Of a stretch of 64,000 nt of DNA, positions 12,192-23,499 are shown piece by piece. Position 1 is the first letter of the stretch. Each line of letters starts with the position of its first letter. The stretch comes from Camelus ferus. Taxonomy: Eukaryota. Below the pieces are notes generated by a model. That model saw only the letters and a list, made by a program, of their open reading frames with translations. It did not search any database and was not told where the DNA came from. The translations under genes and the position numbers were made by a program. Location: NCBI RefSeq assembly GCF_009834535.1, contig NC_045697.1:39186001-39250000 (forward strand), given 5' to 3'.

Positions 12192-13691
12192 AAAGAGATA
12201 GAGAGCCAACCTACAAATATGAGTAAATGGAAATGCAACAATTATAAACAGAGCAAATTTTTGCTAAACTGAACAAAAGCATCAGAAGGTACAATGAAAG
12301 GTTTCATCGTGTTTCATGGAAAATTGATTTAGAAATAGATATATTTTGGCTACTTTAATTACAGGGATGAAGAAAGAAGTTAATAATCACCCAACCAAGC
12401 TGAGGGAAATGTCTATCTACAAGGCACAAAAATCAGGCTGGCTCCAGCCCACTTAGCTGCAACACTGATTATGTTGGAGAGACCCCCATCCCTGACTTTG
12501 TCATGGCACTTTTTCTTTCTCAGTTGCTTTCTTCGGTTGATAGCTTGCTGGTCATATTCAGGTGAGTGCTACCCCCTAATTTACCACTCTCAGACCACTA
12601 ACCAAACCACTTGGATCCTTCCTCATCTCCAGTGCCTCCTTGGAGTTCTTACTAGAATTGCCACACTAAGGGACCACCTAGCCTCCCAAGTCATCACATG
12701 GCCCTGAAGCCCCTGAGCATCCCTCTTTCCACCAAAGGTCACTGGCAGGCCACTAACTGCTTCTGTCCCCCGAACCATACCAGAATTAAAACACCAACAG
12801 GAAAATAGTGTCATATTTCCTATACAAGAGAAGTAAGATTAATATATTTAGTAGACTCTCAACTTTCAAAGAATAACCAAAGAAGAAAATGAGATAACTC
12901 AAAAGAAACAATAGGTACTAATTGTCATATAAAATATAATCAGTCTTAGTAGTAATTGAACTTGCATCAAGTGGAAATTAAGCTCCTTTCTGTCCTTTTT
13001 TAATGATAGAAAGGAATACGTTATATACCTTCAAAATTGCTCTTGGAAGTGATTTTTTGGCAAAATTTAAAAAATTAATTTGGTTTCATTCACCAGCAAC
13101 ATCTGTTCTACTTCTAGCAATCACATCTAATGAAATAAGGTGAAATACAAGCCAATATTTAGGTATAAAGTTGTTCATTATTAGGTTACTTGTCAGAGTT
13201 AAAAAAAAAATGGAAGTAAAGTAATGTGAACATCTAAAATTAAAAAAACTTCAAGTAAATAATCATCCATAATTACAATGGAGTAGTGTACAGCCTTTAA
13301 AATAATATTCATGAGATATTTAATAACAAGAAAATGCTTTATATTTATAATCTGATATTGAAAGAAACAGCGAGACTTAAAGCTACCTAGCTACCTATGC
13401 ATATGTAGGTAGTGTGTGTGTGTGTGTGTGTGCATATAGGCGTGCATTTTATTAGTGATCATTTGTCCCAACTGCAGGAAAAAAATACACTAGAATGTTT
13501 TCTAATGTAGGAACACAAGAGCCTCAATAGACTTTCTTGTTTCTAAATGTTTTGCTTTCCTCTACTTTCAAATTATTTTAAAAGAAGAATGTGCTCATTC
13601 CATAATCAAAACTTTTGAATTTCCACCTATTCTTTTCATAAGGATTCTTGGACATTTCTAAAAGGATAATACTGAGAAAATCCTTATAAAC

Positions 13692-13920
13692 AAGAGGCTG
13701 CAGCCTGGTTAGCTATGGGTTAGATTTAGACTACAGATCTGTTTGTTTGGCTCACGGTGTGTTTTTGTAAGTAGATTTGTTGCCAACTTCAACGTGTTAG
13801 GAAATTTCATATAAAAATCCAGATATCTGGCCTGCTAGAAAAGTCCAAAGATCTCAGGATGCTGGGCTCACGTTCCCACGGGTCAGCAGCTGGCCCTCTT
13901 AGTGGGTACGAGCTTCGCCC
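13692..13920 (+). mobile_element. hAT-Charlie (Charlie4/MER102-like) 5' fragment
   Basis: gttgccaac...ggaaatttcatataaaaatccagatatctggc...aagatct...ctgggctcacgttcccac. Confidence 0.6.
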
Positions 13921-14477
13921 ACCGCCTGCTTCTCCTACGACTTACCCTGATCCTCACAAGTATTTAACTTTGCTGGGAATACTTTGGTCTTGTAGAGTTT
14001 CATTAAAACCACAGCACCCTACAGAGTTAATGCCACCTCCCGGCCCGAGACCACTGAGCTCAGCTGCTTGGCAGCGTGCTATGGAACACATGAACTCCCA
14101 CAAGGGCTTTGTGGTGGAGCATGTGCACTCTCCCCACCTCAAGACTTTCAAGCTGCTCTGCTGTCTGTCTCTTCTCTCCATCATCAGTATTTGTTACACA
14201 TCATCACCACGGCCGGTTCTAATCTGTGCCTAAGTCACTACCATCATGGCCAGAGTCTGTCACTCCTTGCTTCTTCCACCTCTTCACGTGCTCCATTTTC
14301 TGGTTTTTAAGCTTCTGATACTTTCTGAAATACTTGTCCATTTTTATGTAAATAGAGTTTTATCTGGTCACATTTTCACATTTATACATATATATGTTTA
14401 TATGTCAGCAGACTTTTGTAGATCTCCCCAGCTCATTAAAGCACTTTTTCCTTCCTACCAGATGGGCCAATTACAAT

Positions 14478-15075
14478 TTGTTTATTCATTCATTCACTCA
14501 TTCAGCAAATGGTTAGTAATGTTACAGTGTTAGGAAATAAATAACACTGAACAGACCCACCAGCCCCTGCTGCCCTCTTTCTAGTGCAGTTACATCTTAG
14601 TAAGAGAAAGACAGTTAACTAAGAAGTGAACAAACAAGATAGTTTCCGAGAGTGATGTTTGCCATAAAAACAAAATAAACCAATGTGCTATGATAACAGT
14701 TAAAGGACTGGTAGATTGACTGGCTAAGGAAGGTCTCTCTGAGACAGTGACCTTTGAGTTGAATGACAAGAGGCAGTAAGTCAGAACTGGGAGGAGGCTA
14801 TTGCAGGATGAGACAAGAGCCAGCTGAAGGCAGTAAAATGGGAAGATGCCTGGCAAGGCAGAGTAGCAGAAAGGCGAGGTGGGCAAGGCCAGTGCAGTTC
14901 AAGAAGGTGGAACTTGCAGGCACCACTAAAGAATTTAGATTTTCTTCTAAATTCCAATGGGAAGTCACTAAAGAGTTTGCAGGGAGGCCATTGAAGGAGC
15001 TGTTGAAATAGTTCTAATGGGAGATGATGGGGGTTTGGACCAGGATAGTAGTAATGGGATTCATAAAGCAATCTT
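14478..15075 (-). mobile_element. L2a-like LINE 3' end
   Basis: ttcattcattcactcattcagcaaat tail; aaggaaggtctctctgagacagtgacctttgag. Confidence 0.8.
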
Positions 15076-15881
15076 TAGATTTTTCCCTGGGTCCTCTGAT
15101 GCTGTTTATTTGCTACCAAAAGGTTTATTTTCCTGAGTTATACTGATGTAAGTGTATAATTAGTCTAGAAGCCAAACAGTTATGGAAAACCAGGTTTTGA
15201 ATATTTCATGCTTCTCTGCACCTGAGGGAATAAATTACTTCATTTCCTTGACTCTAATATGTCATTTATTGAAGATGTACATTATTTTATGTACAGTACT
15301 ACTAGGGAAAAAATGTTCCCAATTAAACTATGACACAAGGCTTCCTTTTGTAGAAAATTTGTCTCACACTTATTGAAAGAGTCTTTTCAGCATTATTTAA
15401 ACATGATTTTTGAGTTATTTTATTTTTCCTCATACACAATAAATTTTCAATGTAAAGTAAAAGTATATTGGATTCTTTCTGAAGCGATTGAAACAGCAAT
15501 TAAAATCAACATACATGATACTAATAACGCACATAACTAAGTGGCTGTGAAATGCGTAAAGCTATTTCCGCATTCCTGCATTTAAAGGCAAAGACAATCA
15601 GGTCCTCACTGGCCCCACCAGTAATAGTTGGAAGACACAATTATTTGCAAGACACATCCTGAATTTAGAGATATTAAAATATAACTAAAGTGTACATCTT
15701 ATAACTGATGATGTACACTAGTAGTAGAAAAACTTCTTAGTGAGCAAAAATTAATCTAGAGTTGAGCCTCTTGACTAATTGCTGCTCCACTCTGCAATTT
15801 ATCTTCCCAATAATCAGAAAATTTGCATCCACTATAAATTTCATATATACACACACACACACACACACTTAAATGTATGCC

Positions 15882-16402
15882 TGTAATATGGAAGAACAAA
15901 TCTGACTCCACATTAGATCTGTTCCTTTAGCTCTAACCCTGCGCTCTGTTTTCTGTGCTTAGTCATGCCGGTTCTGCACCTTTTGTAAAAGAATGTTGCC
16001 TACAGCCTGAAATGTACAGGATAGCCCATTCGTAAGGCTCTGACCTTTAAGGGTATAACACTTTTCCACTCATATAGAAATAAATTGTTGCAGAACAGAG
16101 AATTAACATTTATCTTGTTGGAAGTTTACAGGAACTTCATGACCCAACCTATGTGGACAGCTGCAAGAACAAAGGATTCTGACAACAAGAAGTTTGCAAC
16201 AGCTAACCACACCCTCTCCCCTTTTTATTATAAAAGGAGGCTGAATTTTGACTTGGGTAAGATGGTTCTCTAGGGCATTAGTCCCCCATCTTCTCAGTCT
16301 GCTGGCCTTACAAATAAAGTTGCTATTCCTCGCCCCAACACCTCATCTCCCAATTTATTGGCCTGTCATGTGACAAGCAGAAGGAGTTTGGACTCATTAA
16401 TC
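15882..16402 (+). mobile_element. ERV1 solo LTR (cetartiodactyl MER41-like), copy 1
   Basis: TG start (tgtaatatggaagaacaaatctgactcca), TATAAAA, AATAAA, 4-bp TSD tgcc (15878-81 / 16403-06); homologous to 24271-24785. Confidence 0.85.
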
Positions 16403-16944
16403 TGCCCATATATGTATATATTTATATCACAATATAAAGTGTTCTAAAAATTTGAGGATAGATTTTAAAAATCAATTTTCTTTCTTCCTCGCTTAGTTCA
16501 ATAGCCTGTTGAGGCCCTAATTCAATGGTCCACTCCACCATTTGTCTTTGTATATGTCCTTTCTTAAAGCTGTTCTGGCTTATTAGCTAAATTCCCACTC
16601 TGTCACCAAGTTCAGCAGAGAGGACAGCTAGCCCTGTGCCTAGTCTTGATGTTTTTCATCTTTCATATCACTCTCAAGAGATTCTTGGTGTTATAGATAT
16701 AACAAAGTATCTTAAATAGACCAGGAATTGATACCATGCCCCCCAGCTGTCCACTTCCTTCTCTTGGAACACAAGTTTCCTTCATTGCTAAAAAACTAAA
16801 AATTTGTGTGTGGTTTAGGAGACCTGTACAATAAAAATGCCACCCTCCAGGGAGCAGACATAGAACAGTGTATCTGATCTATGAACGCAGGGAGAAAGAG
16901 AGCAAAGCAGGAGAAACACAGGAGTTACTAAAAGAGAAATCACC

Positions 16945-16991
<47 letters not shown>

Positions 16992-16992
16992 A
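16945..16992 (+). repeat. (TAAA)12 microsatellite
   Basis: Direct reading. Confidence 0.95.
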
Positions 16993-17340
16993 ATGTTAAT
17001 ATTGTGGGCTAGAAATCGGGAGGAAATGATGATTTGGGTGCTCATGAGGCTTACTTTCATCACTCCCTACTTCTGAGTCCTGGGGGAATTTGCTCTTTGG
17101 GAAGAAAAGAATTGTGGTTAAAACAATGAAAGAAATAGTTCTATCACTAGTGGCCCAAGCAAGGCTTCAGTTTGTTTATTTGTTTGTTTGTTTAGTTTGG
17201 GAGGTGCTTCCCTAAACATAATAAGGGAAAGTTTTCCCTACTTGGGGAAGAAAAGTTAGTTGAACAAAGAAGACCCATACATAGGTGGTCAGCAAGAAGC
17301 TCTACAAGAGCAGACTCAAATGCATTTGGAGACTTCAGTG

Positions 17341-17789
17341 TGCTGTGGGCTAAATTGTGTCCCCCCTCCCGAAAAAGATATGTCTGAGTCCTGACCCTCC
17401 ATACCTACGAGTGTGATCTTATTTGGAAATAGAGTCTTTGCAGATGTAACCGATTTGAGATCGTACTGGATTAGGATGGGTACTAAACCCGATGGCTGAT
17501 GCCCTTCCAAGAAGGGGACAATATGGACACAGACACAGAGAATACCCTGTGACTATAGAGACAGAGATAAGAGTGATGCATCTATAAGACAAGGAAGGTG
17601 ATGGCCAGCAATCCCTGGAAGCTGAGAGTCAAGGATGATTTTTCCCTAGGGCCTTCAGAGAGAGCGCAGACCTACTGATACCTTGAGTTTGAGCCTCTAG
17701 CCTTTAGAACCGTGAGACAATATATTATGTTGCTTTAAATCATCCAAGTTTGTGGCAATTTATGATGGCAACCCTAGACAACTAATACA
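17341..17789 (+). mobile_element. MLT1C-like MaLR solo LTR
   Basis: tgctgtgggctaaattgtgtcccc...ggcaaccctagacaactaataca; TSD cagtg/gagtg. Confidence 0.9.
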
Positions 17790-18169
17790 GAGTGTAGAGA
17801 AAACTTTTTACTCCTGGGTAGGAAGCCCCGCTGGAGCTTGGGCAGTGCAGACAGGCCCCCTACTGTAGAAGATTGCCTGAGCAAGCCAGCAGCCCTTCTG
17901 GTTGGTCCAGAGGAGATGGCCTGCCGCTGTGGACAGCCACACTGGGGCAAAAACACAACCAACAGGGCAGCGGAGTTGCAAAGTGAAGGGGGGCAGGGCA
18001 GCTCTAAATACCTGGTTAATGACTTGCTTCTTCTCACCCATTAGGACTGAGCTGAAATGGCATCTCCCGAAAGAGGACTTTGTGGATACCTAATTTAATG
18101 AACATTTCTCCCTTTACTACAATCCAATTATTTTGGCATCTGACTTTTTACTTAGCAAGTCCCAGATTG

Positions 18170-18317
18170 GAACATTTTTTCCCCCTCTCTCTTCTTCTAG
18201 ACTACATATTCCATAAGGGAAAATGTCAACTCTGTTATCCCCAACACATAGGAAAATGCCTGAAAATTAGTATATGCTCAAAATGTAGTTCTTGAATGAA
18301 TGAATAAATGAATGAAA
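18170..18317 (+). mobile_element. L2 3' tail
   Basis: ...atgctcaaaatgtagttcttgaatgaatgaataaatgaatgaa. Confidence 0.7.
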
Positions 18318-18559
18318 GAGACACATTAAAGGATGATAATTTCATCCTTTGTTTCATCCTATGTCTTGGCAGATGGAGTCCTGTTGGTTCATAATATAAT
18401 GAAGCCTGGAGGATATTGGCTAATTCTGCTCACGTTAAACCACTCCCACCATTCCTGGAGTCCAAGTTAATCTGACAGGAGACTTTCAGAAGGATATCTG
18501 CAAAACTGATCCTGGGTAGCAGTGAGGGCTGAGGAAAGACAGAATGATGCCATGGGGTG

Positions 18560-18920
18560 CCACAAAGAATAGGAAAATCTTGAGAAATTAGACATTTGGG
18601 ACTTGGATAATTATTAAATATTTGAAGGCCATTAATGAAAAAGATATAGTTGTATTGTTTTGATTTGATTTGTTTGGGTTTCTTCCCCTTTCCTCAGAGA
18701 GCAAAACAGAGATTAATGGGTAGAAATTCTAAGAAAGCAGGCTTTGGGAGAACTTTCAAGGAGCTAAATGTAGTCAGTGAGTGTGTCATGAGAAGTATTT
18801 CAGTTAATACTAAATAATCTCTTGTCAAGGTAACATGGAAAAGGATTCAAGTATCCAGTGAGAGTGGGACAGAGAAATTTGGATTCATTTCAGAAGTCCC
18901 TTCCAACCTTATGAATGTGT
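18560..18920 (+). mobile_element. CR1/L3 LINE 3' fragment
   Basis: aaatatttgaagg...aatgggtagaaatt...gaagtcccttccaacctt (CR1-type 3' end). Confidence 0.6.
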
Positions 18921-21259
18921 GCACTTACAAAAATGGATATAATGTGTGCATCTCTAAGTACACCTGGATTATTTTATTAAAAAGTACAAATGGAACCCTG
19001 AATTTGGTTTTTTTCATAACTTTTATCACATTTGTTTTCAAATCTTTAGCATTTAGTATCAGTCAATACCATTTTTCAGTACTTTTCTTCTTCTACAATT
19101 ATAAAATTTTGATTATTTGCCTCTAGTAATACAATTTTAATGGAGTTCTTTTGCATGGTGCTGTTTTATTGCCAAACATGTTATGTTACTTGCAAAGCAC
19201 AAAGTACCTCAGGTTTATTTTAGAGAGAACACATTGAGGTCAGGAAGTAATCCATTTAATAAATGAAGCTATACTGTAGTTTAATGACTTACAAACACAG
19301 CTTAGTGAGTATTAAGTGGGGCTGTGATTAGAATCTGTGTCTGCAGATTTTCTATGTAGCACAAGCATTCTTTGCTTGGAGAGAAGGGAGTTTGGTTTAC
19401 TGACTTGCCAATTTCAAGGGCTCACCAAAATGATAAAGTCACAGGAAAGAATGGCAAGAATTTTAATTCACCAGTTTTCAGAGAGCACATCTGGAGGCTC
19501 CTGAAAGTAAACCTGTCACTTGGCAATAAATAAAATAAAATCAAGATGTTCTGAGAAAGTATGAAATTTTATCTAATGCAAACCAGAATAACAGAATAAA
19601 AATGATGAATGTCCTTATTATCTTAAAGTGGAGAAAATAGGGCATCATGGGAATATCATAGATTTAAGATGCATTCTTAGTCTATATTCACATCTCATTA
19701 CTTGGATGAAGTGCAATTTATAGAACCATGCATCGCTTGCTGGAGAGAAAATCACAAAAAATAGGTGCAATGTTACTGGGAAGTTTTGACATTTAAGATT
19801 GGATATAAACGCAAATCATCACTGGACTTCCTCCACGTGTTTCTGTCCCCATTTAATTGGGAAGGGACTAAAATCCTCCTCACCAAGATGTACTTGCAAT
19901 TCAACGAGAAATAACTGTATCAAGCACAAAGGCGTGCCGTGCCTTATTGGTGGGGAGGGGGATACAGGTGGGAGGAAAGGAGGGTGATAGAAATAAAAAG
20001 TGTAAAAAGCCATTCATAAAGTTTATACTTATCAAGAATGTTGATTCACAAATCATCATATCCTGGAGACCTTTTCACTTCAAACAAATGTCCCCCTAGT
20101 TATATACTAATTTTAAGTGCTGTCAGTAGAGACTCATTTCCCTAATAGAGACTTCTCAATGCTGTTTGCAGCAGCCACCAGGAAGCAACTGCAATGTCAC
20201 TCCTGCCCACCTCAGCCAAGCCACAGCATCCATTATCTGATGAGTAAATTTCAAACAAAATTAAACCCTAGTAATTCTGTCAAAGACTTATATAAAAGAA
20301 TGCTTGCATAAATGAAGTGCATTCACCATCCAAATGCAGTTGCTATAGCTTTCTGTAATAACTACAGCAAGGCCCATGTCACTGGGACACAAAAGGTTAT
20401 TTTGTTGTCGTCATTTCTTAAGTGAGTTCCTTAGCTACTTATGGTTCTCATTGGGCCATGCTGTAAATCTTTGGGGTTGAAGCAATCGTTGATAAGACTG
20501 CTGAGTCATATTTGTGTTTATTTCAAGGCAATTATAATGATTTATACTTAGGAAGAAAATATAATAAAGGGAGGCTTTCCCAGTTCTCCATCACTCACAG
20601 CCATAAATTTTAATTGCTTGTTATTATTTCAATTCAAAAAAATGCAAAGAAAAAACCAATGCATTTTCTCAAAGCTCAATATACATGTCAAAATAGAAAA
20701 TAACATATTAAAATATTCTCTGAGGCAGAGATTTGTTCTGAAAACACAATTCACTAATGCGATTAGGTCGAGTTAATTAGCTAACCACCAGCCCCTAAGC
20801 AAGACTTTTAGTTGTCAGAAATAGAGATTCTTCCTATGTGAATACTAAGCTATTAGATCTGTTTAAATTTTTGTTTGGATTCAAAATGATTAAAAAAATT
20901 TCCTTTTTCTTGAGCCCTTTATATTTGATAGAGCAGAGAAATGTTTTTTAAAAAATGATTCATTCAGTTAGAGAACATTATTGAGCAACTGCTATTTCTC
21001 AGAAATTGTTCTACTTATAGTATTAAGGATGGACACATAACACCATGAGGTACTCACATGTCTAAATACAAGAGAAATAAGAGGTTCTAGAATAAAGGCA
21101 TGTCTGTTGTCCTACGGGAGCACAAAACTACAAATAAAATAGGAGAGGAAGGGCTGACTATAGGCTGATGGAACTAATCACCTCCAAGTCTCCATTTGAA
21201 GCTTTATACTCGAGGTACCACTATGGACATCCTAGTCCAGGAACTCTCTGTGTTTATGA

Positions 21260-21632
21260 TGTCTTAGTCTGCAGGGGCTGCCATACAAAATACCATAGTT
21301 TGGTTGGCTGAAATACCAGAAGTGTATTTTTTTACAGTTCTGGAGGCTGGAAAGTCCAAGATAAAGGTGCTAGTAGGATTGGCTTCATTCTGAGGCCTTT
21401 TCTCTTGGCTTGTGGGCAACTGTCTTCTTGCTGCCTCCTCACACAGTGGAGAGAGGACGTTCTCCTGTCTTTTCCTCTTCTTATAAATACACTAATCCCA
21501 TTATGGGGCCTCTACACCCATGACTTTATCTAAACATAATTACCACCCAAAGATTCTCCAAGTATCATCACGTTGGGAATTAGGGTTTCATCACAGGAGT
21601 TTGGGTGGGACACAATCATATAGTGCATAACA
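21260..21632 (-). mobile_element. MLT1A0-like MaLR solo LTR
   Basis: tgtcttagtctgc..ggctgccata..acagttctggaggctggaaagtccaagataaaggtg...ggggacacaa...cataaca. Confidence 0.9.
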
Positions 21633-21979
21633 ATTGGTCTACCCTATGGGCATTAGACATTCAAAGAAGAGGATAGCAAAAATATTGCGTTAAAATTAAA
21701 AAGCTGAAAATATTTTCTTCGTTTAGTTTGGGAAATAAAGAGATGTTATATGGAGAATTTCAGAAAAAAAGTAGCACCATATAAGTAAATTTAAAAGAAT
21801 AAGTGGAAATTTGAGGAACATTTACCTAGATACTTTAGAGGAATGAATTTGATTTTGAGAAAAAGTGGCCTTAATCATTCAATAGTAAAAATATTTACTG
21901 TTCTAATTACTATGGAAAATACAGTTAAATATATGACATGATTTTTCAATGCAGAGAACTTATTCTCTCATGTGCTTCT

Positions 21980-22315
21980 TTTTTTATTGACATATAGTCA
22001 GTGTACAATGTTGTGTTAATTTCTGATGTACAGCATAGTGATTCAGTTATGTATACACATACATATATATATATTCCTTTTCATATTTTTTTCATTACAG
22101 GCTATTACAAAGTATTGAATATAGTCCCTGTGTTATACAGTAGGTCCTTGTTATTTATCTGTTTTATATGTTAGTTACTATTTGCAAAGCCCAAGCTCCC
22201 AATTTATCCCTCCCCACCTCCTTTCCTCACTGGTAACCACAAATTTGTTTTCTATGTCTCTCAGACTGTCTCTGTTTTGTAAATAATTTCATTTGCATCC
22301 TTTTTTTTTTTTTTT
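21980..22315 (-). mobile_element. 5'-truncated cetartiodactyl L1 3' UTR
   Basis: ttttattgacatatagtcagtgtacaatgttgtgttaatttctgatgtacagcatagtgattcag; flanked by gcttct repeats (possible TSD). Confidence 0.85.
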
Positions 22316-23499
22316 CGCTTCTAATCAGAGCACACAACACAACATAAATGATGTATCCCTCAGTTCCAAATTGTTAACTCAACACTTCTGGTTCAAGATG
22401 TCTGGCTTTATCTTTCTTCCTTCAAAAAACCACATTGAAATGACATTAAAAACAAATCCTCAGCAATTCTGTCAAGCCAGAAAATGTATCATCAGCACAG
22501 CAGAACAGAAAGGCATATCTGATGAGAATGAACTGATGGAAAAATGCAACAGAGCTGAATCATGAAGTAACACTAAGTTCAGAGGCAATGGAGCCTAGAA
22601 CAAAAGTGAGCTATGGTTCTCCTTGCTGGCTGTTCTAGTCCCTTGCTTTCAGAAGCTGACTCTGAACAACTGCCTTCCATGAGTAGAGTCCTTTAAAAAT
22701 GGGAGCCTGGGGACAGAAAAGCAGGTGCACTAGGTGATCTCGGGCAGCCATGAAGGACACAAAGCCCTAGAATATAGAAAATACATAATGAGCATTCCCT
22801 AAAAGGAAGCCAGCCTGGCCATGTTCTTGCTACATGCACACACACTCACACACATGCACACAAACAAGGAGTGAGGTCTCATTGTCTGAATCTATATTCC
22901 CTGCCAAGACAACATAAACCTTCATTTGAACACTGACATATTCTCCTGATGCCAAGAGCAATCTCAAATATCAACTATAGATATAACAGACAATGAATAT
23001 TCAGTAACCATTTGAGGAAAATCAACATAAAGGAAAGCTAATGAAATCTATAAACAAAAGAATTAATGCCCTGAGGAACCAAGGAACATTGGAAAACAAG
23101 CACAAGTAGGAACCTTTGAAAGATTCAAAAGGATAACTCATCCATTAAGGATGAGGCTGCTAAAAGAAAGAAATTACTAACATGATCAATAAGTGAGATG
23201 AACAGAAAATGAAATGCAGCTGAAAAATCAATCCTAGATACTTTCCCAGAATGCCATGCAAATAAACGCTAACTGATCAAAAGTATGAGGGAAGCGTTAA
23301 GAGATGAGGCACAGAGATATATATAGATCTGTGAATTCCAACATCCATTGACCAAGGGTTTCTGTGCAGAAGTACAGAAATCACAGACAGAGAAGGGGGA
23401 AAGGAAAATAGGGAGAAATAAAAATATACACTCAATGCCTTATTCTTCATAATAATACTCTAGAGTATAGTTTGAATGATTGCACCAACTCTGGTCAAT

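Noticed and set aside
13391..13432. Short hairpin ctaccta...taggtag next to (TG)n
   Set aside because: 7-bp stem in low-complexity sequence, expected by chance
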